NCBI RefSeq assembly: GCF_009914755.1
Contig: NC_060930.1
Source: the human T2T-CHM13v2.0 reference genome, Homo sapiens
Direction: 5' to 3' (one strand)
DNA length: 64,000 nucleotides
Part shown: positions 26,366 through 40,587 of the stretch, piece after piece
How positions within the stretch are numbered: position 1 is the first letter of the stretch
Layout of the letters: each line of letters begins with the position of its first letter
The notes under the pieces: generated by a model
Seen by the model: the letters and a program-made list of their open reading frames with translations, nothing else
Database searches by the model: none
What the model was told of the DNA's origin: nothing
Made by a program: the position numbers and the translations under genes

Positions 26366-29300
26366 TACCTTTTATTCTGCTTTATTTTAGTTTTGGGAAT
26401 TTCCATTACTTTCTTGTTGGTAAGCCAAGCATTTTAAAAAGATTTTTAAGAAATATTTTTATTCAATGTTTTGGGTGTCTTATGAAATATTTTTTTTTCA
26501 TGTTACGGTTTCGCTATATGGCCAGAAACGAAATCACTCAGGACTTTTTTCCTTTGAATGAATAACTTTCTCCTCACATTAAAGATCATTGGCATGATTC
26601 AGAAGCAAGCTGTTGATCCATGAATTTTAAGGTCATGGATCAACAGGGTTCACTTGGGAAAACAGAAGCCCATCCAGGGATTCCAAGGAGGAAGGGTTTC
26701 AAGGCTTAGGAAGCTGTTGAAAAGGGAAGGGCAGTGAAAAATAAAGGAAATTTCAACCAGATGGGGGTGATTCATGGGAGCTCACCAGGAAGCTGCTACA
26801 AGTGTCAAAAGTCTTCATGAACTGCTATCATTGATCTCAGCTACTCGCAGGATGAAGTGTGTGATTCCTAGGTGCTTTTCCAGAAGCCACTGCTAACCTC
26901 ATGTCTGCAATCTTCCCACACATCTATTTGAAACTACCCACTAGGGAATAATGGATTCTCTTCCTCCACACCTCATGAGAATGCCTCTCATTGGCTGACT
27001 GTTGCCTGGAACCATATGGAGAAAGGGATTCTAGCAACAGTGGGTGGCTCCGGGTTTATCCCCTGCAACGCAGAGGAGAATGGAGAAGAGGCGATGGTGA
27101 TTCCAAGTCAATAACGATTTGCATGGGTCGTTAATGTATCACTGATAGCACTTTATATTGCACATGTAATATATTTGTTTCTGATAACAATGCGGAGAAT
27201 TAAGGATGGTAAACATACTTTGCCTGTTTAAAGGAACCCAATATCAAGAGAGGTTTATTAATTTTTCTGAAAGCACACAGCAAGGCAATGGCAGAAATGG
27301 AATCAGAGTTGAGGTTTTCTGGTACTTAATTCTTTTCATGAACTAGAAAACAAACTTGTCAATTATTTTTACAACTTGGACATAGAGCTAAGAAATTTTG
27401 CTCCTCCTCACACCAATCTGACTTTTAGGGATCAAGCTCTAACACCTTTATTTCTAGTAGCTTATCCCTTTCAACTTTTTAGCCCAAGTAGACATTTTAA
27501 AAATGTGAAGGGGCATTTGTGAATAGATTTGAGTTACCAGATGGTCCATTTCCTGATGACCTGTACCTGAAGATGATTAGGTTATATGCATTGTGCTCTA
27601 AACGTCACCATCTGAAAAAAAAGAAGCCACTAAATCTAAGGGTCATTCTCATTGGACAGGCAACTCAATCTTTCAGTTGTCAAATATTCAACAAATATTT
27701 CTGAAGTGCCTTTTTTTGCCACACTTACAATTTCTGTGATCCTGATGATATTTTAAGCTTCTGACTCTGACATTAGGTTAGTGAAGTATTATTTTAAAAT
27801 ATGTCAGAAAGAGTATGCATATTAATTAAAATGTTCCCATATATAAGCCTTAAACTAAACTCCCTGTGCCAATTGGAGACAAAAGACCTTTATTAAATAC
27901 TATTAGATAGGTTAAGTATTTTACTATTTCTGCCAATCACTGCTACAAAATAATATTCATTGTCAAGCATGAAATGGGTAAAAAAGGAAATCTCATCTTA
28001 TTATCATCTCTTAGAGTCACATGTCCTAAGATGATAGCAAAACCAGCATTTGCAAGCAATGGCCACATCCTACTGCTCCTGATCAGTAGGCCTGTTATCA
28101 TCAGGGCTGAATTCTGTTTCAATGCCAACATAATTACATTGCTGGTTCTCTGAGCAGATAGAGGGAGGATGCACCAACACACCCAGAGATTTTTGTGTTA
28201 ATCGAGGTGCTCTCAAATGGCATCTGGGGCCATTTTAATTGTCAGCCCCCGTTAAAAGTTTGCAAGTACACTCTGCACTCAACGTAGAATCCCTAAGATC
28301 AGTGATCTGAGTGAGAATCAACAGAATCCCAAATTTGAGCAGACCTTTTACTCACACTTCAGTAGATACTGGCGGGTCCCCCTGTCTCTCACATGGCTTA
28401 ACATGCATGAGCTTCCTAGAGACAGAGCTCTTTCTTGTCCTCATTTCTGCACCCCTCTTTAGTTTTACCCCATTGTAAAGTTTTAGAGGAAATGATAAAT
28501 CCAGCAAATGCATGAGAGTGACAGAAAGGGGATGAAGCTAAGGTAGGTAGGCCAACGATAGGTTGAAAGAGTTGAAGAGACTGAGGAGGGAGATGGCAAA
28601 ACAAGGACCTTCTCTATATAAATGGACTTGGATCTTGGATTGGGAGAGGAAGATAAAGGGCAGAGCTGAAAATTCAGAAACTCAAGATGAGAAATATCTA
28701 AGAGCTAAGGATCCACGTGACGGACGTGTAATACATGGGCAAGTGTAATTACACTATCAAGAGGACTACCAGGAAATGCTCTGCAGAATTATTCCACTGG
28801 CTGGTAATCCAAGGACCTGGAGGTGGGAGGAAGACAGAGGAATTGGACAAATTCAAATTTCCAATTAGGCATAAGTGGCTTCTTAGTAGGCAGAGAAGAT
28901 GATGAGACCAGGAACAAGGTGTGGGGGCTGGTTGAGAACCTGTCAGAAGCTCCCTATTCAAGGCAAGGACGGAACTCCACAGCCTACAGCGTGTCTGCCT
29001 CTGGGGTTATTAAGCAACCAGAAGCATGGCAGGGCCTTTTCTGTGCTGGCTATTTAATTAGGAAGAGGAGTGTCAGTACTAACCTGGCAGAGAAGGCGCT
29101 CTCATCCGCCCAGCAGGCTGCTCTCGGGGATTTTTCACGTCTGTCTTGAGATCATGGGAGTTTGGCTCTTTCCTTCCACTTAGATTTTTAGTTTTTGCTC
29201 TTAGTATTTCAGAGAGATTTAGGATCTTCTGTTATGAGTTTCTCCAGCCTGGTTATTCTCCAGCATCAAGTCATTCTTCCCGTTGGGGTGTTACACATGG

Positions 29301-30305
29301 TTGCCAAGGATGTGAGCACTGGTTGATTCACACAGGAGAGGGACTCACCAGCAAGCCCTCAAGGTCACTGAATAATTTTAATTACTAAAATTCCTAGTAA
29401 CTTCTCAGAAGACATCTATACTTTTTTGATCACTAAAAACCTTTGACCTTGATTGAGAAATTAGAATTTTTTTTTTTACTGGTTTTCTTCTGTTTAAAAA
29501 GCAGCCTGTTGATAATAGGAAATCACTGAATAATGGAATTTTAAAAATATGCTACTCTTGAGCATACATTGGAAGTTCTTTGAATTGGGATTAAAAGGAG
29601 GAAAAAAAGAAAAGGCATGCTTTCATCATCCTGGTCCCTGCTCTCCAGAGATGAAGAAAGCAAACACAGTGAGTGCCTGGTCCTAGCTATGGAAAACCAC
29701 CAGTAGACTGGTCGTCCTCTGGACGTGTTCACTATTAGACTTTCCTCTGTTTAGCTTAAGATTTCTTGAGAGGCAAAATGGCTTTATTGTGATTATTCAG
29801 GTAACTCTGCTTCCTCATCCCAGTTTAGCTTCTGATTTCACTGTGGCATTTAAGGCACTCAGTGTCTCAGTGTTTCCCAGGTAAATGACGGAAAAGATTC
29901 TGACCTACTCTAGGTTAGGAAGTTAGTGGAATGAATTTTTTAAAAAAGGGTGGCTAGAAAGTTGTTTCAAAACAAGGAACCACCCATCAACAACACTGTA
30001 ATGCTAAAACCTGAAATGATATCCAAGTAAATATCTGGGTGTGGTGAATGATTCCACTTTATTTCTGCTCGGGAGCTTTGGTACATGTTTGGCAATGCTC
30101 TGAACAAGGGCCTTCCCCTTGGGATGCCATGGAGACATTCATACATTGGCTTAGTTTATGTATCTCTATTCTCCCTAGACTCACATGAGAAGTTATTTCC
30201 CAATACTATTTGCTGGTCATTGTTGCCAGTCATGTTTTCTCTTTCTCATGTAGACCTGGTCTAGAATATGGCAAGAGCAGATTTTAGAATGTAATGGTAC
30301 AAGGG

Positions 30306-30570
30306 GGTTGGACCTAGTGGCTCACATCTGTAATCCCAACACTTTGTTAGGCTGAGGCAGGTGGGTCGCTTGAGCTCAGGAATTCAACATGGTGAAACCC
30401 CATCTCTAGCAAACACAAAAAATTAGCCAGGCGTTGCATGTGCCCATGTGCCTGTAAGTCCGGCTACTTGGGAGGCTGAGGCTGCAGTGAGTGGAGATCA
30501 TGCCACTGCACTCCAGCCTAGGTGACAAAGCGAGACTGTGTCTCAAATAATAATAATAATAATAATAATT
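30306..30570 (+). mobile_element. AluJ with internal deletions and (AAT)n tail
   Basis: 14-bp TSD TAATGGTACAAGGG on both sides. Confidence 0.9.
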
Positions 30571-30694
30571 TAATGGTACAAGGGATGGGGAATCACAGTT
30601 TGGTGACTTGATGTGAAACAGTTGCTTTTGAGATTGTGATTTTAAAGACATTTCATACGCCCTACCTTGGAAAAGTGTCATTTAAAAAATGCAT

Positions 30695-30800
30695 TGAGAT
30701 GTTACCATTGGGGGAAACTGGGCAAAGAGTACACAAGACCTCTATGATTTCTTACACTTACATGTAAATCTACAATTATCTCAAAAAAAAGTTTAATTAA
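30695..30800 (+). mobile_element. L1MD/ME 3' terminal fragment
   Basis: AGATGTTACCATTGGGGGAAACTGGG...TGTAAATCTACAATTATCTCAAAA. Confidence 0.75.
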
Positions 30801-31696
30801 CAGTGAGTTAAGGAATAGAGTAAAGGAAAACTATGCAGATAGTAGATGCTGGCTATGTGTTTATACAAAGATTATGGAGGAAGAAATTTATTTTTTTTTC
30901 TGACTATGGGACTGGGCTTGCCTTGAGTAAGGGATGTATTAAGCACATGAATATTAGAGAAAACACAGGTTTATGACTTTGGATCATATTCTAGACCCAG
31001 CTCTATCACTAATCAGTTCTGTGGTCTTGGGAAAGTTGAATAAACTACTCAAACCTCAGTTTCCTCTTCTGCAAGGTGAGCAGTTTGTAGAGATTGAGGC
31101 ATTTCAGCTCTATGATTCTAGGTTGACATTTATGTCTCCAGGAAGCAACACAAGGGAAGATGAATTAGGGCTCACTATTTGATAGCAACTAACACTGACT
31201 CAGATCACAACCAACACAGATTACAAGCAATTTACAAAGATAATGAATGTTGTATTAACAGAACCAAAATGGGCATTTTAAGTGTGTATCAGAAATATAT
31301 TTTTACTCTCTTCTTCTTTTGCCTGGAAATCAGAATAAAGGAAAAATAATATACAGTATATTTCCAGTGTTTCCCTACAAAAGAAATGTAGAGTCTGAAA
31401 TTCAGGGAGAGCTTTTGATTTTTGATTTTTTTTAGTAAGTCATGGAAGTGATTCCAACGCTAACCCACCCTATATGATGGCAACATCTCTTAAATCCCCC
31501 CAATCTTTTACTCTCTAATTATGAGCACTTGAAGGTAGAGACTATTCCAAGTTCAAAACCTTCTATCAATCTCCTTTGCCTACAGAATAGAAACAAAATC
31601 CTTAGCATTCATGCCCTTCAATATCTGACCCCACGTCTGTTTCTCCTCTTTGATATCTTTTCCCCTCTTTGATACCTTTGCTCTTGCCAAACTAAC

Positions 31697-32158
31697 TGTA
31701 CTAGGTTAAATAGTGTCCTCAAAATTCATGTCATTCCTGGAATCTCAGAATGTTACCTCATTTGGAAACAAATGCAAATGTAATTAATTAAGATGAGGTC
31801 ATACTGGAGTAGGGGACCTTAAACCAATCTGGTTGGTATCCTTATAAAAAAGGAGAAGAGGCACAGAGGCACATATCTGCAAGGAGGAAGAGGTAAAGAC
31901 AGACACACAAACAGGGGAAATGTCATGTGATGACAGGGCAGAGACAGCAGTGATGTGTCTACAAGCCAAGGACTGCTGGCAACACCAGAAGCTGAAGAAG
32001 GCATGGAGTAGATTCTCATCTGGAGCCTTCTGAGAGAGTATGGCTCTGCCAGCACCTTGGTTTCGGACACTTAGCCTCCAGAACTGTGTGAGAATACATT
32101 TCTGTTAATAAAGCACCAGTTGTGGTGCTTTATTATGGCAGCCTAGGAAACAAATACA
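31697..32158 (+). mobile_element. MLT1C-like solo LTR
   Basis: TG start, AAAATTCATGTC...CTCAGAATGTTACC...GCAGCCTAGGAAACAAATACA. Confidence 0.85.
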
Positions 32159-32656
32159 CTGATCTACTTACTCATGGTGCCCTGAGCCTGCCTTGGGCTC
32201 AGACATTTCTCTCCTTCGGCTCAATATTCCTCATACTTGGACATCACTTGCTGTCTTTTCTATCCAACCTTTGAACTGCAGCTCAAATCTCCAACTCATT
32301 CATCATCTGTTCTAATCTGTGCAGTGGGAAGTGACCTTCCCTTTAGAAGTATGCTCATGGCATTCATTGGACCTTATTCTGCACTCTTTGACAGCATCTT
32401 GTGGCTTGTTCTTTGACTTTTTATATTTTCATGATGGGAATATTGTCTTTTATCCCCTGCTAGGCCAAATGGTGCCCACTCTGTGCCCAGCACATGATGA
32501 GATTTTAATGAATATTGGTTGTTGGGTTAATGCTTTGGCAGTGGAAGCAGAGTCATGCAGCATCACTCTTTAAAACGAGAATCCCCGTATGTGTAGCTAC
32601 GTGAAACACAGCCTCCAGGTTTTCTCCATGGTCTCTAAAGAAAGTGGCTTTTTTTT

Positions 32657-32966
32657 CATTCTCAGCAAACTATCGCAAGGACAAAAAACCAAACACCGCA
32701 TGTTCTCATTCATAGGTGGGAATTGAACAATGAGAACACATGGACACAGGAAGGGGAACATCACACACCGGGGACTGTTGTGGGGTGGGGGGGGGGGGGG
32801 GACGGATAGCATTAGGAGATATACCTAATGCTAAATGACGAGTTAATGGGTGCAGCACACCAACATGGCACATGTATACATATGTAACTAACCTGCACGT
32901 TGTGCACATGTACCCTAAAACTTAAAGTATAATAATAATAAAATAAATAAATAAATAATAATAAAG
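32657..32966 (+). mobile_element. Young 5'-truncated L1PA (PA3/PA4-like) 3'UTR
   Basis: Near-consensus primate L1 3' end; 17-bp TSD AAAGAAAGTGGCTTTTT at 32637-32653 and 32967-32983. Confidence 0.95.
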
Positions 32967-33859
32967 AAAGAAAGTGGCTTTTTAATACCCTACATGAAGC
33001 ACTTCAGGGTGGTGTTGGTACATTGAGAAAGTGGGGCAAGGTGGGGCATTGATTCTGGCTGCAAAAAGGAACATCTGGTCACAATCCATTAGTCTGCTCT
33101 GTGATAGTTCAGAAAGCATGCTGTCCCATGTCTTGGAGTAAATAAAGCCTTTACTCTCTTGCTTCTCTTCTTCTGATCAACTTGCCCTGCTCATGTTCCA
33201 GGCCCGTGTTGCAGAGAATATGATTGAGGCCAATATTCCTTTAGGCAGTATGGAGGAAGGGCAATCCTGCTCACCTGGCAGGGAGTGAGATGGGGCTGGC
33301 GTAGTGACTCATATCAAGTGACATTTGCAAAGGGAGGCCTACTGTTCACTAGCGAGATGCCAAGCAATGTCTTTTGTTGGGCCCCTTGGAAGACTGACGT
33401 TTAGCCAGCAATTCTCTTTGAGGGAACAGGGGCAGAGAGGGGAAGTGGAAGGGAAGAGGAGGAGTAGAAGAACCTTTTGGAAAAACCTGAATTTGACACT
33501 GTCAATATTTGGGAATGTGCTGTCACCTTTATCAATATCCTACTGATCACTACTTATCAATATCCTTTGAGATCTGATACCTCCTTCTCTGACCAGCCAT
33601 TCTGAGCTTTACCTTTTCTACTTTTACCACACTTTGCATCTGTATCATACAATCTCTATCAAATTATATATGTAGTGCCTTACTTTTTCTATTGATAGGT
33701 AACTGCAAAACTTTTTTTTTTAAAAAAGAAAATACTTAGAATAGAGGTCATTATTACATGAGTTTTGCTATATGTAGTGTAAGACAGCCTTTTCAAAACT
33801 GGGGTGAAAAGGGTTACAATGCAGAGACCTAGGTTTGCATTCAGTGGTGTTATCTTATA

Positions 33860-34352
33860 GCATAGGAGGCTGAATAATGGTCCCCAAAGATGTCTATGTC
33901 CTAATCCCTGGAACCCGTGAATATGTTGATATGTTACCTTGCATGACAAAGGAGACATTGAAGATGTAATTAAATTAAGGATTTTAAGAGTAAGAGGCTA
34001 TCTTGAGTCATCTGGATGGGTCCATTGTAATCCCAGGGGTCCTTATAAGAGGGAGGTGGGAATGGCAGAGGCAGAACAAAAGGTGATGTGAAGATGGTGG
34101 AAGCAGAGGCTGCAGTGGTGTGCTTTGAAGGAGGAGGAGGAAAGGGCTATGAGCCAAGGAAGGTAAGTGGTCTGCCTGGAAGAAGTAAGGAAACAGAGTC
34201 TCCTCCACAGACTCCAGAACGAATGCCACTCTGCTGGTACCTGGATTTCCTCCCATACAATCCATTTTGAACTTCTGACCTCCAAACGTTAAGATAACAC
34301 ATTTGTACTGTGTTCAGTTACGAAATTTGCATTAATTTGTAATAGCAACAAG
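33860..34352 (+). mobile_element. MLT1D-like solo LTR
   Basis: GAATAATGGTCCCCAAAGATGTCTATGTCCTAATCCCTGGAACC... Confidence 0.85.
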
Positions 34353-34454
34353 CACACTACTCTGTTCTCTCACCTTGTTTATTTATTGTGTGTTTACTGC
34401 TTATCTTCCCCACTGGGATGTGTGTATAGTCCACAAGGACAGAGCATAACCAAG

Positions 34455-35655
34455 GCTCTATCCTCCCCCCACACACTCTCAAAACTGCCCTTGAACAGGT
34501 CACCAGCGAGTACGAAATTGCCAAGTCCAGTGGAAAGGTCTGACTCGAGTCCTCTTACAAGGTCATCATATTCACCTCTCAGCAGCTTTGGACATAAAAT
34601 ACTTCCTCCTTCTTGAAACATTTTTACACTGAGCTCCAAGAGACGACACTGCACTGGGTTTCCTCCTAGCTCACTGGCACCTCCTTCACGATCTCCTTTG
34701 TTGAATCTCCCTCCCCTTCCTCCCAAACACTGAAGGCTGGAGTATTCCAAGACTTAGTCTCCTGGAATATCTTATCTAACCATAACTAACCCCTAGGTGA
34801 TTTTATTAAATTTAACTTTAAAAACAATCTGCATAATGAAGATAATCAGATGTATGTCACCATCCCAGAAAGCTACCCTACATGTGTCCAAGCTACAGCA
34901 AGCAGTATGTCCAGCTGCCTGTTCCACGTCTTGACATCATTATCTAATAGGCATCTAAAACTCACGTGCCTAAATGGAACAATTGATTTCCTTATTCACA
35001 ATCCTTGCACCTCCCAAGCCTCTGTATCCATACTCCTTCCCTGTGGCTTAGGCTATAAATATTTTCTCTTTCTTTTTGCCATATGGATTATTAAGTATAT
35101 ACATGTATGGTAGGGAGGGACAAAGAAGGTGTCCCTGAAGAGGTGACTTTCTATCATATTCAGAATAAAATGCAAACTCCTTGCAAGTCACATGAGGCAT
35201 AATCTGAACCCTGGCTACACCCTCTTATCTCCTCCCTCCTCAATCTGAACCAGCCATGCTGGTCTTCTTGTTTTTTAGAGATGCCAGTATTTCCTTGGAG
35301 GCTTTTTAAAGTCACTGTTCTGCTGCCTGAGCCTTTCTTCTGCCAGAATGTCCTGTGGCTGTTTCCTTCACCCTATCCAAATTTTTATTAAAATATCAGC
35401 TCATCATAGAGGCATCCCTTGGCCACCATAATTTCCCTGTGCGCTATTAAACCTGCTTTTTTTACACAAACACACCCACCCACACACCACTCCGTTCTCT
35501 CGCCCTATTTATTGTGTGTTTACTGCTTATCTTCCCCACTGGGATGTGTGTATAGTCCACAAGGACAGATCTTTTCGATGGTCTTGTTCATTGCTGCATT
35601 TTCAGCTCTTAGAATAGGGCCTTGTACATAGCAGGCATCTGATAAATACTTTTTA
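34455..35655 (+). mobile_element. L2 fragment through 3' end
   Basis: CTTCCTCCTTCTTGAAACA...TCTAATAGGCATCTAAAACTC...CATAGCAGGCATCTGATAAATAC. Confidence 0.8.
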
Positions 35656-35926
35656 GCACTTCCTTATGTTAAAATCAAATGTCTTGCTTATTATTATACA
35701 TCTTAGCTATATTGCATATTAGATTAGGTATATAATATCTCTTTTAAATTTCTTAAGATTAGGGACCATATTTGATGTTTTTCCTGTCACCCACATAAGG
35801 ACACAATAGCCCAAAGCACATATGAGTGATTTTCAAATGAGTGATTCTTCATTTTGTCTTTTTGATTTGAACTCAGCAATGGAAATCATCTGGGGACCTT
35901 CTTTTCAAGTGTATGTTCAGTTATGT

Positions 35927-36091
35927 CAGGTGTTCTAGGTAAGAGGCCCATAAATGGAATTTGGAGGGCTCATGAGCCTCCTAAAATTGTACACAAAATT
36001 TTATGGGTATTTGTATTTTCCTGGAAAAACAGTCTATAGATATTTTCAGGTTCACAGAGGAGCCTCTTCCCTCAAGGTTGAAAACCACTGA
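35927..36091 (+). mobile_element. hAT-Charlie MITE (MER103-like)
   Basis: CAG...AAGGTTGAAAACCACTG termini. Confidence 0.5.
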
Positions 36092-38899
36092 GTTGTACCA
36101 AGGTATGTAGACTGTGGGTGACCTATGCCCAGGGCTGGGGCTGAATTGAGGGTGAGGAATCAGGAAGGGTGGGAGGAGTTTGCAATGCTTGGGATGAAGA
36201 GTGGCTGACCTTACTCACCCCCACTTAGCAGCCCAACAATTTCACACCAAGCTTATGGGTGGCAGAGAAAAATCTGTGATTGGGTCAGAATGTTAATGAT
36301 ATCATCTTGCATGCTATGACTGAGGGAGAAACTAGAAGATTTTAAGTTTTACTCCCTGGGCATTTTGACTTCCCAGCACATCCCTGGGAGACGGCTCAAA
36401 GGCCATCCAGGCCAACTAGCCATGCCTTGCTCATGAGTTACAGTCAGGCCAGGACAGGTAGGGCACAGAACCCCTCCTGTCCATGTTCTTCCTTCAGCAA
36501 TAACCATGTCCCTCCGCCTAACACCAGTATGCCACTGCCTTGTGTAAGCATTCACTCACTATTTCAACTTCGTGTGTGTACATTAGACTCAACCAGATTT
36601 AAGATTGCTAGATGTCAAAACCCTCAATAAATATCAATCATAGTGTCACACGCATAGTGGTACTTAACTGCTCTTTTTCAAGTGAATAAATGACAACATA
36701 TTAAATAACTAGGTGGCTGTATCTGGGACTTTCTCCAATTTAAAGAGCCAGGGAAAGTCCTGTCTCTCAATAGCAGATTGTTTTGAAACCCCCCTTAACA
36801 TCAATGAAACTTTTTCAGTTCTAAGACTCTGTGATCATGGATTGAGAATAAGCTAGTGGATCTTGGCTGGGAATTCTTAAGTTTTACATGAGAATACCTT
36901 ACATTCATGCAGTCCTTGACAGCTGTTGAAGTTTGCACACACATTCTCAATAATCATGTACTATTTTCAAAGATAGAAGGGGCTCTGAGGAGTTCTCTGA
37001 TCTATTTCACCTCTCCTTTGGGGCGACCTGAACAATTTAGGTTGATTTCCAGAGAAATAAGTCCCCCAGCTCCCCTCGGGTTAGGATCTGATAATTTTCT
37101 CAGTTACTGAGAGTCCTCTTACTGCTATTTAAATCTGTCTGCTCTGATTCTATCTTTAGTAGGCATTTAGATAAGACCTGAGGAGTTAATGTTTTCCTGG
37201 CAAAACCTGAAGGGCTACTTTGCTGTTCTTTCCCTTGTTTTATGAAGACTGGAGAACTGCTTAGCACTAAAACAGTCAGATTGATCTACTTTAATTAAGG
37301 TGCCCTGTCCACGGTGGATGCAAATATCTCACGGATGTTTCTATTTAGTCTGAATACACAACAAAGGCAGGAAAATGTCTGTTACAGACACAATGTGCTT
37401 AGAACAGTCCTGCTGCAATGACAAGTTTCCAATGAGCTGCAAGGGTTGAGCTGGGAGCAGTCCAAAGACTTGATTAATCATGAAGGTCCTACAACCACAC
37501 TGTGTCCAAGGGGAGAGTGGTATTTCTTACTTTGACAGATACTACTCATAACAACTGGGGCAGCATCATAAATGGCAATGGGGAAAATATTCCAAAGCTA
37601 AGGCTAAAATAGCAAACACAGGGAGTGTTGAGAAATGAAAGAAGCTTTCAGGACAGCATGGCACTGGCGATGGAAGGCAATTGTTCTTCTACTGTGGAAA
37701 GGAAAAAGGAGCTGTACAGGGGACAGGGCCAGCCCCATGCAGAGGCACCTAGTACCAAATGCCCAGCCGGACTGCCCGTCATTACTCTGGCTGCCATAGT
37801 GGTGATTTCCCAGAATTGTATTCCTTCCTTTGGACTGTCATGGACAGGCACTGGCAAAATGTGGGAAATGTTAACAAACTGACACAGTAGCAGCCATTTC
37901 TACCATGAGTTCACACTAGTATTTAAGAACTTGGCAGAGAACATTCCTTGAGGCAATAGGCCAAGAACATTTAATAGTGAGGACAGAAAATGTCCAGAAC
38001 AAGGAACACAGTCTAGAAGACAGAGATGAGATATACTTATTAGGACACTTAATTTGGAGCAGACACCAAAAGAAGGCAGGAAGTTTGGGAATGACTGTGT
38101 TAGGGACACCTGAGGCCAATTTTGCTGATACCAACATTTTTCCTAAGATGGATCTGTTGAGAGTTTCTTCAATCAAACTAAGAGAAACACAGAAACATCT
38201 GTATATGACCTGGGGTAGCTTCCTCCTCCTCTTCTCTCCTTGTCACCATTGTTCCACTTCCTTTGACCCTTGCTCCTTTTCTCTGAGGGATTCAGGTTAC
38301 TTGAATGACCAAAGGGCAAGGGGCAAGGTCCACAGCACCCCTCAGCTTGTGAGGCACAAAAATATTTAAGCATCTCCGTTGCACAGTATCTGCCTTGCTA
38401 ATTAGCTCACGGATGTGATGTATGTTATCCAGCTCTCTGCTTCCAAAATTATCACAAATCCATATGGCTGTTTATTTAGCAAGGTCACAAATATTGGACA
38501 CCATCATCATAACTATTTGAAAGAAATCCAACTTTACATCAACCCTGAAGTGGGGGGGAGATGGTAGTCATTGTGAAAAAAGCTACAAGATGAGCACACA
38601 AACCTTGAGAAGATGTTTGCTAGGTGCATTTGGCACCACATAAAAGATACTTATAAGACTCTGCTTTGTTATTATTTTAGTAACAGCTAGCTCAGCCAGT
38701 AGTTTCAAATCTCTTCATTTTCTTAGAATTTTGGTTTAGTAGCATACAGATGAGGATTCTTTTTTTTTTTTTAAGTAAGAATTCACACTTTGCTGTATTG
38801 ATCAAGCAAAGCGAGGTCCTTTTGATTGCCTGGTGAATTAGGAAACAAAACCAGATCGAATCACAAGTTCTGGACTTACTGCAGCAAAAGGCAACGAAG

Positions 38900-39105
38900 G
38901 GTGCATTAGCCTCGGATTTCCATCCTAGCTGTGCCTCCTATGAGTTCAGTGGCCTCAGGCACATCACTTATCCTCTCTGAGCTTTTATTTTATCTTATTT
39001 TTTCATTTGTAAAAATCAGGATTATAGTAGTTCTCTAAAGAAGGCTGTGTGAATTAAATGAGCCCATACCTGAAAAACATGCTTTGGACAATATAAAGTA
39101 CCATT
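38900..39105 (+). mobile_element. MIR followed by an A-run (~23 nt)
   Basis: CACTTATCCTCTCTGAGC...TTTCATTTGTAAAA core. Confidence 0.7.
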
Positions 39106-39532
39106 TCTTAAAAAAAAAAAAAAAAAAAAAAGCAGGAATATTCACTACATCAGTGTCTCAGATTAACATTCATGGGAAACTGGGAAGGTGAAGAGTTTGA
39201 CAAGAAAAAGTTGAGAGGAGGAGGGTTCCTGAGAGGTCAGACTTACGTAAGGTAGTTCTGGTCCTGAACTCCAAAAGAGTTCAGAGCTGTGGTCTATTAG
39301 TCAGTCAATCATCAATAACTGACTGAGCACAAAATGTAAGCTGAAATTAGTTTTTTCTGGAGACTGGGGCTTGTGGCAGGGGCAGTGTTAGTGGACTGAG
39401 TTGCTTTTCTGAGTTGGTCATCTTGTGAGTTTTAAGACCATGGAAAGATGGGCAAGAGTGAGGGTGGAAGAAAGTCTGTGAGTGAACTTTTGAGGAGTCT
39501 TGACATGCCACTTCCTTGTGCCTTTCCCCTGG

Positions 39533-39756
<224 letters not shown>

Positions 39757-40485
39757 TAATCTCCTGGTTGATGTGGAGATACATTTGTAAGTATTGAGAA
39801 GCTGAGTTAGGTATTTGAACAATTACTTTGTTCACATTGTGCCGATGATTCAGTTATCCTCCTCCAACCGAGACCTGGCAACCTCATGCCAGCCTTGCTT
39901 GTTTGGGTCCCTGTTACTGATATTCAGGTTCCAGTGACCTAAAAATCTCAGAACAGCCTCTGTTTACTATTCGGCCTCTCCAAAACACAAGCCTGAATAA
40001 AAAACCAAATGGAAATGTATTCCTAGAAATATGTAAATGTTAATCCCATTTGTGATGCAGAATCGTGACAAAGTGTGTTACTTAAGTAGCTGCTGCTCAG
40101 CTATGAGATATTCTTTGGATGTTGGGGTGGGCTTTTTTTTTAAAGCTTACTTCATTCCATCCACACATCGGAAGTTTATGACATATTTGCAGAAGTCACT
40201 TCTCTTTCAGGCCTGTCCTCTCAGAACTGTGTGTCTTTTCAAAGACTTCCTAAGCAACATGGCAGACTCTCACCTGGACATCTCCTGTGTTCTCAGTAGA
40301 CTCACTGTAATTATAGCACTGGCTTGTGTTCATTTCATACCTTCAATATGCCCTTTAAATAAACAGTGATGAGGTAGATTGGATGCTGGGAATTGAGACA
40401 TTTGGAAACATAGATAAGGCACTGTGGAGTTTTCAGTACAGAGGCTATTGGTGTTCTGAGTTCACTGAATTTTCCCCTCACTCAC

Positions 40486-40587
40486 CATTGCATGATTCAG
40501 CCACACGGGGATGACAGTATCTAGGACCTTGGGGTAAATGAGATCTCGATTGTAGAGAAAGAGGATCCAGAATGCCAAAAATACAAA
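40486..40587 (-). CDS. ADTRP: ADTRP coding exon 3 (aa 97-130, FVFLAFWILFLYNRDLIYPKVLDTVIPVWLNHAM)
   Basis: TTTTCCAG| acceptor, 102 nt, ATG|GTGAGT donor. Confidence 0.97.
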
